Shown piece after piece: positions 29,992 through 44,401 of a stretch of DNA of 64,000 bases (within the stretch, counting starts at the first letter, position 1; each line of letters starts with the position of its first letter). This stretch comes from Eledone cirrhosa (lineage: Eukaryota): NCBI GenBank assembly GCA_964016885.1, contig OZ024751.1, positions 30,690,001 through 30,754,000 on the forward strand. Reading direction: 5' to 3'. Both the position numbers and the translations under genes were made by a program. The notes below the pieces were generated by a model that worked only from the letters and a program-made list of their open reading frames with translations, was not told where the DNA came from and did no database searches.

Positions 29992-32139
29992 TCTAGGTAT
30001 CTTTCCATCTATTTTCCAATCTAATTTCTAATTATCTATCTATTCTGCACTTTCTCTCTCTAGTCATTTCTACAAAGAGTTTTTGTTCTATTCAGAAATG
30101 ACTGACTTCTCTTATACCAAAAACTAACCATTGCATTGGTGTTTCCCACTGCTTATAGCTCTGTATCTCTTCCATTAAATCCTACATCAAACATTACGTG
30201 TTATAATTACATTCTAAAAACACAGTCCTGTGTATTTCGTTATCCTCCTATGTACTACCGTCTGACATAAACATCTAATTTTCTCAAACTCAAGATTACC
30301 GAATCAATTTTTATCTACTTTCTACATATTTTTTTAATTAATTCAACAGGGTTTTCAAAGATTCCCCAGACACAAACGTATAAAAATAAACAAGTGAATC
30401 CAAAGGAGCATGATTCAAAGTTTTAGAATTCATTTGAACATTGGGAGATATGAAAATGATGATAATGAGAGTTTTCATTAAAATTTCAATTCAATGTCTG
30501 AGAATGTACAATCTGAGAAGGTTAGTATATGTCGAATTCAGTATTTCTAGTTAAGGTAGAATACAGAGCAACAATTATAAATAAAAATTTATTTTAAAAA
30601 AACGCAAAACATAAATAAATGTATGGTTCTTTGGATAATATAGAGGTTTAGTTATAAAGTGCAAATGGCGTCTATACAATGGAAACTACGTGCTTGTGTA
30701 CAATGGAAACTACGTACTTGCGACGATAAATATGATCCTGGGGTTAAAACTAATGCAGTAAGAAGAAAAAAGAGGGCATTTGCGCTGAATCAGATTTATA
30801 ATGTTTATATTTTAACAATCAGCTAATCAGCTGTAATAACCATGACGGTATGAAAGCGCTAACAACAAACTATGAAATGCGAATATAAATGTCTATCCCT
30901 ATCGACATCATCAGTATGATGGACCTACAAAGGCTATTGATATTTCTAGTTTCTCTCTTATTAAAAGACGAAATAAACCTTGAACTTCAGTAGCTATAGA
31001 AATATATTGTATTTCTTCTTTTTTTAATAAAAGAAAATAATTTTTTAAACTGGCCAAATTTTAGAGAGAGAAAATATATATTTAAAACTTTGCTCGACAA
31101 ACTCAACAATTTTACGTCATGTCAATTAGTTGAAAAATTAAGAAATTAAGCTTAATTCAATTCACCAATTCTTCAGGAAACAAAACTTACATGGGATCCG
31201 ACTAATTTTAGGAACTAAACACTAGAAGCCTTAAACCGAAACGTTGAAGAATTTATGTTGTTATTTAAAGACATGTAATTGAAGCATCAGAGTTGTAAGT
31301 TACAAATCTCACCAAAAGCAGATGTAACAATGTTTACAGACAATAACTAAATGGATATAAATTATTTACACATAACATTTCATTAGAGTCTAGATATACA
31401 CAGATTTGAGATATTTATGTAGTGTAAGTATATAAAGCTCTATAACATTACAGCTCGACATCTCATAAATTGTTGTTAAAAAATGTGAAAATGGAACCCA
31501 ATTTACCGTCTCAAAAAGTAAAAAGGGCTTACAAAATTATAGGCCTTATAATTGAGAGCCTGGAGTGATATAATGCAATTATATTTTGATAAAAAAAGAG
31601 GGTGGTCTTACAAAATAATAGTTCTTATAATTTGGTGTCAGGGATGATATAAAGCAACGATATTTGGGTAATATTGTACAACTCAGTTCCATACACAGTG
31701 TGAAGCTAGGAGAAGATCACTGTTTCAAGCAGTGATTCACAATTACACACACACATACACAATCACATAATTACACACTTAATCATACACATAATTACAC
31801 GCATGATAAAGAGAATGTCACATACATTAACAGACACACAGTAAAAATGGTTACACTGTTATAAATAGTGTGACTAGCAGTGTGCCACATGTATTCTCAC
31901 ATACATAGTCAGAGATGCACACACACCTACACATATATATATAATATCACACACATACTTACAGTTGTACATATTCTTCCACGTTGTCACTGACTCATAG
32001 TTTCACTGTTATAAAAGAAATGTCGGGTCCATTTTCACAGGTATTTCACTCTAACGGGTCACTGTAAGACAAGACTGAGGTATACATAATGTGATATTGT
32101 CATCAACTTAGCCCCCACCTCCCTTTGATCAACTATGGC

Positions 32140-32478
32140 CATAAGATTTTCACTTAAAAAGTTCCCCTCGTGGCGCATGTCCACGGCAAGGCTGTTTGTA
32201 GAAAATTAGCCGTCACCCATGCTTACCAGTTTCCCCTCTCTCCACACCATAGATGCATTCTGGTACCACAGTGACGTCGCAACTATATACGCACTATATA
32301 AAAAGCCGTCACAGGTTGGCACCTGTGACGTCGTAACTCATTTCTAAAGCTGAGTGAACTGGAGCAACATGAAATAAAGTGTCTTGCTCAAAGACACAAC
32401 GTACCGACCAGTCCGGGAATCGAACTCACAACCTTACAATTGTGATTCCAACACTCTAACCACTAAGTTACGCGTCTA
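32140..32478 (-). mobile_element. tRNA-derived SINE family S2
   Basis: ggagcaacatgaaataaagtgtcttgctcaa...gggaatcgaactc...taaccactaag (B and A boxes on the minus strand). Related copies at about 4060-4190, 21740-21856, 39620-39760 and 51885-52105. Confidence 0.75.
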
Positions 32479-33339
32479 CAGTGAGTCATAGACTGCCACA
32501 ATGAAAGGACTGCAAACAGACACGTTTCGCCTCTGCCAAGCCTTTATCGATTGTTTCAAGCAGTATTTAAGGAGGGAGAGGCTGCCTACCTGTAAATTTG
32601 TTAAAAGGTAGGTGAGACTGGCGATAATTGTCCGAGTGAATAGACCTACTATGCACCTGTATACTGGGGAATAACAGGTGAGAGAACATAACCATCCTTA
32701 GTAGGTAAACTAATCCTGGATCAGTGTGGTTTTTTATCAGCTCCAAACTGGCAGTTTCCCTCTCCAGGGACCCTATCATATATTTGTATACAATGTATAC
32801 CATCATACGATTTTTGTAAATCAGGCTTCCCCCAGGTTTTCTGTAAACTGCCCCTGTGGTACTCCTTCGAATTTAGACACATGGTCAACAATGTTGGAGG
32901 GGGGAACATTTTCAATCGATTCAATAGTTGACTGGTATTTTATTTTATCAATCTGGGAAGGATGAAAGAATAATGGTTTCTAATATAAGTATATATATTT
33001 GGGGCTGGGGGTAGAAGAAGAGTCAGTTATATTAACCTCAGTACTTGACTAGTACTCAACCCCTCGAAGTTGACTTCGGCGATATTTGTACGCAGAACGT
33101 TCATTTAGAGGTAACGAAAGACCAGAGGGGGATTTAGTCCGGACCCGACGAAAGTTTGATTAACATGTACTGTATGATAGTAAGATTCGATGTTTAGGGG
33201 AAGTGAAGAGTCAAAACGAAATAGTTTCACTTTAAAATGTAGGCAAATAAACAATTCATATCATTCTCATTAAAAATAATAGAAAATCTTATATTTTATG
33301 GTTGGAACATAAATGATACGAGGTTTCCTTTTTTTTAAT

Positions 33340-33558
33340 AATGGTTTCTGATTTAGGCTCAAGGCCAACAATCTTGGGGGATTAGAAAGTTGATTAAATC
33401 AACCCCAGTACATTACTGGTACTTTATTTTATCGACCCCGTAAGGATGAAAGGCAAAGCTAACTTCGGCAGGATTTGAACTTAGATCGTAAAGGGGTGTA
33501 ACAGTATGACATAAAGCATGTTGTCCGACGCTCTACCGATACTGCCAACCCACCGCCA
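33340..33558 (-). mobile_element. tRNA-derived SINE family S1, near full length (reference copy)
   Basis: The minus strand has an A-box-like tggcagtatcgg, B box aagttcaaatcc, body ctttcatccttacggggtcgataaaataaagtaccag and an (att)n tail. Other copies at about 2567-2660, 8700-8825, 13085-13190, 14668-15210, 21865-22185, 38362-38560, 38990-39110, 40970-41095, 46865-47275, 52565-52692 and 53172-53387. Confidence 0.85.
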
Positions 33559-33672
33559 TTTTTTTAAAATATTAAAGTAATGAAATAATTGGCACATTTC
33601 GGTTCGTTATTATAGAGACGCATTTCATAACCCAAAACCACAGTTATTAGTTCGGACTGAGATTCATATTCA

Positions 33673-34712
33673 TTATGAGGATTCAATCGTCAGATAACCA
33701 AATTCTTTTAGGTCAAAAGTAACTGTGTCTAGCTTCTCGCTTTTGTAATGAAACGATAAGTCAAATCCGTCATCTATTCGATGGGGCAGATCAATGTTGT
33801 CAGTTAATGTATCCTGCATGGCACTGTACAGAGAGAACATATAAGGAATATCCTTATCAGCTTTGGCTGTGTTTAAGATTTTGATTTGACTCGATATACT
33901 GTCCTCTTTTTCTGATATCTGACGAAGGTTATTGTTGAGATGGGTTCGTTTTCGGTTTGCTTCTTGTTCGGCCATTGAAGTGATATTACGTTCGCGTTCT
34001 ATGATGGCGTTTCGAAAAGACTGGAATGCTTCTTTAATGTCTGCCGTGACACGCTTTTCCATTTTATTCACATCTTCCATTCGTTGAAGAATCTGTACTC
34101 GCTTCTCCCGATATTTTTGTTTTTGCATCTCCATACCGTCAATGGATTCGTTGATAACTGGTGTGTATTTCTGAAGAGCTTCTTCTATGCTCATTACGTT
34201 GTGGCCGTTTATTTCTTTGTGGTCAATAACTGTACAATCACTACAGACTGCTACTGAACACATTTCACAGAAAAAGTTGATTGGTTGTAGTTGATGTTTG
34301 GAGCAATAGGAAATATCAGTGATGCCTGTTTCTTCAACGAATCTCAGAAGCTCTAGGATACTATTTTGATTTGGAAGCCGACGAAGGTCATCTTCAGAAG
34401 CAATAATGCTTTCTCTGCAGGTAGGACACTGAATTTTCACAGCGCGTGGCATACCTCTAAAGGCAGAGGTCAAGGACTGGCGATATTCGCCTTCCACGCG
34501 GAACATTTCCAGAAAACAGTTGAGGCAGAAGCAATGTTGACATGGTAAAGATTTAGGGACTTTATTTGTATCGTTAAACACGTCCCTACAAATGATGCAG
34601 CGAAGAAATGCATCTTGAAAGTGTTCTTCGTCAAAAACCAGTTTTCGTTTCCGTAGAGTTTTTTCGACCAGCAGGGAGGATTGGCCCTTTTTATCGATGC
34701 TTTCAGTACTAC
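33673..34712 (-). CDS. TRIM-like RING/B-box/coiled-coil protein, paralog 1, terminal coding exon
   Basis: The open frame extends 43 codons upstream of the listed ORF to a polypyrimidine acceptor (tttcttttcttctttcag|GT, phase 1). It encodes a C3HC4 RING (CIIC-x15-CQHCFCLNC-x29-CPTC), a B-box (CSKH...CEMC...CSDC...H...H) and a coiled coil, ending at TAA. No C-terminal domain. Confidence 0.9.
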
Positions 34713-34937
34713 CTGAAAGAAGAAAAGAAAAACAATACGTTACTGGAAATTTTTGATTTTGGAGTTAAATAAAAAGTGCTTTACAATTCTTTATATATAT
34801 ATCTAAAGTTTGAAGGAGTAATGTTTTGAAAAAGGAATAAAATATACATACAACTATAATTCAAAAAGGAAAAGGAAAATATGTGTATATATATATATGT
34901 GTGTGTGTGTGTATTACAGTATTACACACACACACAC

Positions 34938-34981
<44 letters not shown>

Positions 34982-35241
34982 TTTTTCTCACTATTTAACG
35001 TGTTCATTCTAATTTCATTGGGCTGGTGTGTTAAAGTTACTGATTATTTAAATTATAGAGTGGGAAAACGGCTGAAGATATATCGATGCTATTCGAGAGT
35101 TTCGTTTCAGTATTATATATATACATATATACATCTATATATATACATGTATATATGTATATATGAAATACTGAAACGAAACATGTATATACATACATAC
35201 ATACATACATACATACATACATACATACATACATACATACA

Positions 35242-35277
<36 letters not shown>

Positions 35278-35572
35278 TATATATAATATATATATATATA
35301 TATACATATATATACTTATATACATACATTTTTATACATACATTTATATATAAATACATTTCAAAATATATACTGAAATATGTGCAGATGTGATAAAACA
35401 ATCAATAGAGTTACTGCCCCTTAACTCTATCCAAAGGATAAGGTAGATTATTAAACCGGGAAATGCAAAACCAAACATTCACTCATACACTCACGCATAT
35501 ATAATTATCATCTTCCTATAAACACACTTACGTGTGTATGTATGTATGTATGCATATATATATGTGTATATA

Positions 35573-35638
<66 letters not shown>

Positions 35639-35933
35639 GGAGTTCTATTTAAATTGTTGGGATACAACAAGCAAATATTTTTATAACTGATATAAAGCAC
35701 TCAACAAATCCTCTTAGAGTTTGCTCTTTTTTCTCTATTTTTTCTCTTTCTTTTCTTTCCCTTTCTCCATACCCCCAACGGATTATTTTAAATCTACTGT
35801 GATTTAAACATATCCGACACTAATTTGCATAATAGAATAAATAAATTTAATAACCCCACTATCCGGGATCTTCCAACAGAAATGGTCGCATTCTTTAAAG
35901 GTATGTCAATATTTATTTATAAAACTGATCTAT

Positions 35934-35989
35934 ATTATCTGATGAAAGCACACCATAATTTAACTTGGTGTCCTTGAAATATGTATAAT
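35934..35989 (+). ncRNA. Candidate hammerhead ribozyme, repeat family F
   Basis: CTGATGA AAGcACACCA taatttaact TGGTGTcCTT GAAA tatg TA taat. Core and stem II are good; the stem I register is imperfect. An inverted partial copy of its flank lies at about 37265-37335. Confidence 0.5.
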
Positions 35990-36055
35990 GAAATAAATAT
36001 GGTTTTATAAATATAGTTTCCATTTGTTAATATATCGTATATATATATATATATC

Positions 36056-36101
<46 letters not shown>

Positions 36102-36791
36102 AAAAAAGATGAAATCGAAAACGCAACTGGCGTCTTTTTTTTTTAAATATATATTTATTTGGTTCCTTTACCGGTTTCGCAGTTCTTCTTCTTTTCAAAA
36201 GTAGAGTTGAGATGGAGGGTTTGTGGTTTTTCTCACATCTGGTTGGTCTTTGAATGTTACTTCTGTTTTATATGGAAAAAAGTGGCTCGAAATGCTAGGT
36301 TTTTTAGAGAAGTAATTTTTAGAGAAGTAAATTTCGCGCCAGTCCGTGTTACAAAGTTCTTATTATATTTGCCTTCAAACAAAGGGGGGGGGGGGGGGTT
36401 CTAGTTGTTTTTTCATATATGAGTGAAGTTTGGTTGGTTGATGCAGTCACGTGAATAAGCACATCAGCTTTCGCGCCAGTTTCTGTTTGAATTTCTTTTT
36501 ACTTAAAAAAAGGGTGGCTCACGAAGGCTTTTTTTTATAAATGTAATTTGATTGGTTATAAATGAAATTATGACTGTCACGGGAACAAGTACATTAAATT
36601 TCACGCCCGTATTTTGGAATTAATTTTGTAGCCTTTTAGAGAATTTTGTGCCAAACAAAAGATAATAGTCAAGAAAAACGGGATGTGGAGAATTGTTCTG
36701 GTTCAGTGAATATGGCTGGTGTGCTAGGGTGTCAGAATTCAGACTTTCTATTGAAATAAAGAAAGTAGAGATATGTATGTTTATTTGTGTA

Positions 36792-36848
<57 letters not shown>

Positions 36849-36850
<2 letters not shown>

Positions 36851-37021
36851 CAAAGAGGGTGTGGTAAGATACCAGGTGGACCATAACGCACCAGAGTGCT
36901 CAATACTTAGGGTAGTAGAGTGGGACCCCGACGGCTGAATCCGGCCGTTTCGACAGCTAGATCCGAACTCGGATCTAGCTGTCGAAACGGCCGGAGCTCA
37001 GCCGTCGGGGTCCTGACTCTT

Positions 37022-37024
<3 letters not shown>
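36849..37024. mobile_element. Family A element, fold-back
   Basis: Palindrome centred on gatccgaactcggatc. (TA)n on both sides. Confidence 0.8.
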
Positions 37025-37081
<57 letters not shown>

Positions 37082-37340
37082 TCAGATTATGTGTTAGTTT
37101 AACACCAACGCTTCAGTATGCAGGGTAGAGCTCTCAACGAAGTCCATAAGAGGGTCTATTAACTCCAGAGTAAATTTATAATCAAGAGGTATAAGTCAAC
37201 ATTTCATAATGAAAGAAGTAAATTATGAATTGTTGACTTATACCTCTTGTTTATATATATATATAATATTAATAAATGGAAGCTATCTTTATAAAACCAT
37301 ATTTATTTTATTATATATTCAAGGGTACCAAAATTTTGCT

Positions 37341-37392
<52 letters not shown>

Positions 37393-38151
37393 CACATGGT
37401 GTTGAAACTTCAAAATAAAGCCTGGAATCTGTGCAATAAATAATTCGCTTTGCGTTGAGTTAATTAATCTGCACTTTAGATTATCTGTGGTGTTCTTCTT
37501 GTGGTCCTTGTTAAGTCATGTTTACGTGGGTTGAAACTTCAATTCAATCTACTATGTTTAAATATGTTGCCAAGGCTTTCGCCTTGTTGATGTTATATGA
37601 ATTTGTGTATGTTATATTTGTTTTCCCGAGTGCATTCGTTATGATGTTTAACAACAATCTGCTGTAAATGTTCTTTTCTCGTTCACATAGATTCCTCATA
37701 ACTCTATGCAAACAAATTTAAACTCCAAGCCTTCAAGTACATTTGTTACTATACCACCGAATTTCGAAGGGCAAGCTCTCCTAATTCACAACCGAGTGTC
37801 AATATATCAACCATTTCTAACATGTCAAGTACAGCCACTTCCTTTTTTTCTCATGAAACCATGTTCTTACGGACATTGCATGGGAAATTTTACCTTCAAG
37901 CTAAGCACATTATACGAATTATTCAGTGGCGAAGGGTAACCTGGAAAGCAGGGAATGCAGTCCAATCGCCATGGCAGAAAGTGGGGCTGTGCAGCCTTAC
38001 CCCCCTCCCCCAATTCCCTCTAAATGACGCTCCCGGTCAAAGCCGCATGTAGTGTTATCTAGTGTGTGTGTGTTATCTTTTTATGTGTCTACGATTTAGT
38101 AAGCAGTGAAAATTCTGCTTGCCCCAAAGCTGTCGTGTGTTTGTGTGTATT

Positions 38152-38190
<39 letters not shown>

Positions 38191-38570
38191 GTTATCTTTT
38201 TGGGGGGTGTCTATACCTTTTAGTAAGCAGCCAAAATTCTGCTTGCTTCAACCGACGCAATTGATCAACTCAAGATTCTATAAGGCATGCACTGCATGCG
38301 TTGCATGCACGGACCCTTCACCCCTGGAATTATTATCATTATATGTTTTAAGTATTACTATGAGGATTGGCAGTATCGGTAGAGCGACCGACATCATGCT
38401 TCACAGTATAGAGTTATGGCCCTTTACTTTCTGGGTTCAAATCTGGCCGAGGTTAGCTTTGCCCTTCATCCTTACAACCCCAGTAACGCACTGGGGTCGA
38501 TGTAATCGACATTCCCTTTCCCTTAAAATTGTTAGCCTTGTACCAACATCAGAAAGCATTACTATGATTT

Positions 38571-38715
38571 TTCGTTTCTGAATTTGTTTAGCAAGATTCT
38601 TTATCTGAAATCGTGTGTTGAAACCGATATTGTTATACTTTGGGAGGGTCATGTTGCCAATAAGAACTGGTGCGTGTGTTTCTTATTGGCAACATGACCC
38701 TCCCAAAGTATAACA
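38571..38715. mobile_element. Family H element with terminal fold-back and 12-bp flanking direct repeat
   Basis: ttgttatactttgggagggtcatgttgccaataagaa and its inverse. attactatgatt at 38558-38569 and 38716-38727. Homologous to 17385-17760. Confidence 0.65.
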
Positions 38716-41700
38716 ATTACTATGATTATTTTGTTAAATATAAGAGCCTTGGATTGGCAGAGTCCACTTGGATTGGCAGAGTCCACTTGGATTGGCAGAG
38801 TCCATAGAGCGTTGGCCATTTACTTCTGACTTTCTACGGTAGAGACTCACAAAAGTTAGTTACGACTTTTTACGTTCTTGAGTTCAAATCTTGCCCAGGT
38901 CAAGACCGTAAAAGGCCGTAACTCTATGCTGCAAAGCTCGGTGTCCTACTCTCTACCGATACTTCCAATCCACCACCCTCGATAAAATATAATTGTTTCT
39001 ACCTTTGGCACAAGGCCAGCAATTATCCCAGTGTATTACTGGTACTTTATTTTATCGACCCCGTAAGGATGAAATAAAGTACCAGTAATACACTGAATAA
39101 TTGCTGGCCAATATAATACTAGCTAAATAGTGGGGCCGATATGGTCGACTTTCCCCTTCCTCTGAATTGTTGGCTTTATGCTAATGTTAAAAAGAATCAT
39201 TATATGATCAAGTTTTCCCTCCCCACAAAACTTACTGACCATGTACCTATGTTAGAACAAATTATTTTACTAACTATTGTTTTACTAATTGTTTTTACTA
39301 AATATTATTCTTGCTATTTTTTATTTAAATTTCGAACTAGACTTAAATAAGAACTGGGGCCGATTTGATCGGCAAAAACCCCTAGAAGGTGGAGCAGCTG
39401 TATGACAGCAGTCGTTAAACTGAAACTAATAAAAAGGGTAATCAAATGCCAATGTGTATGCGGGTGGTGGGTGTGTTCTAAAAAGTCTAAAGTCTGTCTC
39501 AAGCCTCATCAGACCATTACTTATACCGGTTTACGTGGCGTGAAGCGACTGAGAGTACAAGACTTCCCCCTGGATAGGACGACAGTTCATCGCAAGGCTA
39601 AACCCTCAACTACTGTTGGTACTCATTTTCAGCTGAATATACTGGAGCAATAGGAAATGAAGTGTTTTGCTCAAGAAAACAACACACAACCCAGTCGAGG
39701 AATCGAACCCACAACATTTTGATCATAAGTCCTACACCCTTGCCACTAGGCCACGTGCCTCCGGTGTTGTTGCTTTTACTAATTACAACAAAATATGTCG
39801 TACTTACTTCAGTAATCAACGTTGCTTAGTTACTTAATAGCCTGCTCATAGTTCAATATTGAAACAGCCTAACACCTGCCTACAACACAATACCTCTCTA
39901 GTCATAACGTTATATATCCAAATATACAATGACTGTTCAGAACGAATCTGTATTTCCACTAATGCACCCTACATTGTATAAAAGCTAGTGCAAGGAAGTA
40001 GTTTACTTCTATTGTTAACATTTTGAAAAGCAACACGTGAATACTGACTTAATATGTATTGTTATTAAAAGCAAATGTAAATGTAGATAAACGATGTGTG
40101 GTTAGATTATAACTAATTTGGTTAGTTTAAGATTTCAAGCCATTTACAAACTAATGTTATGAATTATTGTAATTCAGAGCAATATGAAATAAATAAAATA
40201 CTGTTTTCTGTGTAAAAATGATATATATTGTGGTTAGGCGATTATTATTTTATTATTTTCTGGTGTGGGAATCACAGCTCAATTAAATCCTGACACCTAT
40301 GATCTTAGGATGTCAGTATTAATTAGTATTATACCTGGTTGAGAGACGGCGAATTGGCAGAGTCGTTAGAACGACAGAAAGAATGCTGCTTTTGTTCCAG
40401 TTCTCAGCACTCTTTCGAGGTCGATAAATAAAGTACAAACAAATCCATTAAAGAGATTGATTCTCCCCCTATCTCTCTCCTCTCTTCTCACCTCTCAAAG
40501 TGCAGAGGGCCGTAACGAGAGGTTCTAAAGCATTCTCTCTGACGTTCTAATGACTCCCCCAATTCGTCACCTTATATCATTTAACATGGTGTTAGGCAAC
40601 TTTCTCAACTCGACAATCACTAGTCCCATTAAAACACCTTAGTATTCTGAAATCAACATGACGTCACTAGGCCCATTAAGAACACCTAAGATTTTTTTCT
40701 GATTCAATATTTAGCTAAACCACAAGTGTTTCTTTCCTTTTTCTTCTTCTTCGCCCACTTATCTCTGAAAGGGTCGTGGGGGCAGAGTCCTCAAGTTCAC
40801 CTTCCAGTGAGTCCTGTCAGAAGCAACAGTCTTTAATTGATCCGACTGGTTCCTCAAGGGAGACCAGTTGAGCTACAGGATATTCTCGCTTCGTGTGTTT
40901 GTTGTTTAGTTTCAAATACTTAACAAGCAAATAAAATTTAATCGTTTTCCTTCTTCTTCTTCCATATGATGGTTTCTTGTATAGGCACAAGGCCAGCAAT
41001 TTCGGGGCGGGGGGGGGGGATTAGATCGACCCCAGAACGTTACTAGACCCCGTAAGGATGAAAGGCCAAGTTAACCACGGCGGGATTTGAACTCACTTCC
41101 TCCATAAAATGATATATAAAATAATTTCTAAAATTAATTAGAGGAAATAGCTGCTAAAAACGAAGACAAAATGCCATTAAGAAATATTGGAATGTTGCTG
41201 TGAGAATGCTTGATTCTTGATTCACAGGTAACAACCTGTTTTGCGACATTTCAAAACAAAAATGCTCGAAAGGTTTTCTATTTTTGGTCAACGGAAATGT
41301 TGAAAAACCTTCAGTAAGACAAACAGAAGTATTAACGCATATCTGAAGTATTTCTAAAGTATTTACTAATCTAAACCCACATTACATACAGTCTGTGAAA
41401 TCACCTGGAGAAGGTAAACAGAATATTATCTCACCCAGCTATGTATGATTCAACATCTCCTTTCTCACATTAACTAAAATCTTTTATGTCTCAATTCAAA
41501 CTTGAAATGTCTATTATGTATACTAACAGAAAAACCACCCTTTGGGTGGTTTTCTGCTAGCCTGTGTAGTGTGTATATTGATATTATACGCAAGTATATA
41601 TACATGTAGAAATGATACGTTAAATAAAATCGTAATTGACAATATACACAGTAATTGAAGAGAGACTGTGTTATACTGTCTTATGTAATCACTAACGTAA

Positions 41701-42377
41701 TCCATGATACATTAAAAAAAATACGATATTATATATAAACTGCATTAGGAGAAAATTAGCAACAGAAAATTAATGTTTATTTAAGCGATCGCCACCGGAA
41801 GTGTTGACATTTGAAAATTTTAAAGAAGTGAATCTTTAAATAAATAATAAAATATATTTAATGAACAGCCACGAAATTTAGTAGATACATTATGTAATAT
41901 TCATTCATTTTTTATTCAAAGTAATCCAACTTATTTTAGTAAAGGGATAACAAATTATAAACCGTACGCAGTCCCGCGCTTCTTACTTTATTATAGTTTA
42001 GATATGATAAGTTTGTATGGACCCAATAACTCCCGGTGGGGGTTGTAGGGGTTCTGTAGTGATATACAGTGGTGCGTTTTGGGGAGGTTTTTAAACCTGG
42101 CTGAGCCCATCTCCTCTCCAGGTCTGAACACAGTCGATTTCTTCCAGAGGGAGAAAGAGAGAGGGTGAGAGGGTGAGAGTGATAGAGAGAGAGGAGAGGG
42201 GGAGAGAGGGGGGAGAGTGAGAGAGAGAGAGAAGGAGGGGGGAACAGGACTGGTGAGTGTAGTGTACATGTGTACACGTGCGTGTTGGATATGTGTTGCT
42301 GCGTGCGATTTGTGTTAGTGTTTCTGTATGCATGTGTATGTGTGTGGGTGTATGTTGCACTGTACAATGATCAAGTT

Positions 42378-42552
42378 GGCGGCACAGTCACATATTGGGT
42401 TGTGTGGCGGCACTGCCACATATCGAGCTGTGTGGCGGCACAGTCACATATTGGGTTGTGTGGCGGCACTGCCACATATCGAGCTGTGTGGCGGCACAGT
42501 CACATATTGGGTTGTGTGGCGGCACTGCCACATATCGAGCTGTGTGGCGGCA
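42378..42552. repeat. 56-bp x3 higher-order repeat of two 28-bp subunits
   Basis: ggcggcacagtcacatattgggttgtgt alternating with ggcggcactgccacatatcgagctgtgt. Confidence 0.95.
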
Positions 42553-42904
42553 TATAATAATTTCTTCTGGTGTTCTAGAAGTCTCGCTCAGCTGACAGTG
42601 CTGAACGAAACATACAGCAAGTGTGTGGGGAGTATGTGTGTGTTGTGTTGCAGAGAGAGAGGGGGAGACTGGGGGGGGGTAGAAAGAGAGAGAGAAAGAG
42701 AGAGTAAGAGAGAGAGAGATTATATAGATCATCGGTAATAAATAGCAGTTTACTTTTGTTTTGCTGTTGGTAGTTTTTTGTTGTCAACCGCTAGAGGTCA
42801 GGACAGAGCAGAAGACGTACGTAACGAACAGAATATATAGAGCTTCACGCATTTTCTAAACACACATACACATATATATACAGATATACATATACGTATA
42901 TATA

Positions 42905-42977
<73 letters not shown>

Positions 42978-43079
42978 CCAAAATTTAAATTAAATTAAGG
43001 GTGTCATGTCAGAGAGACATGCGCCATATCCACCGTAAAATATGCTCAAAGATTCCAATGAATAGATCCGAGCATTTTA

Positions 43080-43642
43080 TATCAACTAGAAATTGATTGA
43101 CATATATATCTAAAATAAACATATGAAACAATCACAGGGGATAATCTGTAAAAGTGTGTAAGCATACACAGCTATGTGGGTAACTAATTAAAGTTTAACT
43201 AGAACTTCAAAAATAGATACCTTATAAATTGATTAATCTTCCTTGTATATATTTCATTAAAGAAATATATTTCACCAATTAATCGATTGGTAAACGACAG
43301 TAGCCAAATCCTGGATTTTCAATAAGGAAGAAGACTTAACTATCTGTGTTTACACATCAAATTCAAATCTGTGACTAACTATTAGCACGTGTTGCATTTA
43401 ATACAAATACACGCATCGCGCCTGTCGTTTACCAATCGATTAATTGGTGAAATATATTTCTTTAATGAAATATATACAAGGAAGCTTAATCAATTTATAA
43501 GGTACCTATTTTTGAAGTTGTAGTTAAACTTTAATTAGTTACCCACATAGCTGTGTATGCTTACACACTTTTACAGATTATCCCCTGTGATAGTTTCATA
43601 TGTTTATTTTAGATATATATGTCAATCAATTACTAGTTGATA
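43080..43642. repeat. Long inverted repeat, 221-bp arms with a 121-bp spacer
   Basis: 43080-43300 versus 43422-43642, about 5 mismatches by eye. Confidence 0.95.
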
Positions 43643-43867
43643 TACATACATATATATATATACATATATATATATATACATATATATATATACATATATA
43701 TATACATATATATGCACATATACATATATGTACACATATATATATATATACACACATATTCGATCCATATATATGTATTCATATATATATATATATATAA
43801 ATATTTGCTCTATATATTTATCCTTATCGAGCCCTCTTTGGATTTTAGTCTTCAAATTTATTATTAT

Positions 43868-43924
<57 letters not shown>

Positions 43925-43991
43925 TATACACATATATATATACATGTATTCATGTATATATATACATATATATATATACATACACTACATA

Positions 43992-44051
<60 letters not shown>

Positions 44052-44368
44052 GTATAATAAACAATATATATATATTATGTATAATAAACAATACAATATA
44101 ATTACCTCATTACCAGAGGTTTCCCGAATAAGATGGCTACAAGGTAATGAGGTAATTATATTGTATTGTTTATTATACATTAAATATTTAGCTCTGTAAC
44201 TTACATAGAGCACTCTTCATTCCTCTGCCTTTTTCAACGGAAACTTCAACACTTATATATATATATATCCTACTTTTCGTTCATTTGATACTTATTTCCC
44301 CGTCTTCTTCACTATCTCTCTTTCAACCGTTTTTATCTTGTTATTGTTATTATTGTTTTCCTTGGTTA

Positions 44369-44401
<33 letters not shown>

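Noticed and set aside
32513-32556. Minus-strand hammerhead relic (GAAA CGTG TC tgttt)
   Set aside because: The 5' core has decayed to atcgataa. Probably a fossil and not supportable as a ribozyme.
34579-34581. ORF-track starts at 34581 and 50699
   Set aside because: They are GTG (Val) codons inside the RING. The frames continue upstream to splice acceptors.
38601-38637. Hammerhead-like motif in family H
   Set aside because: G8 is absent in both copies and stem II does not pair.
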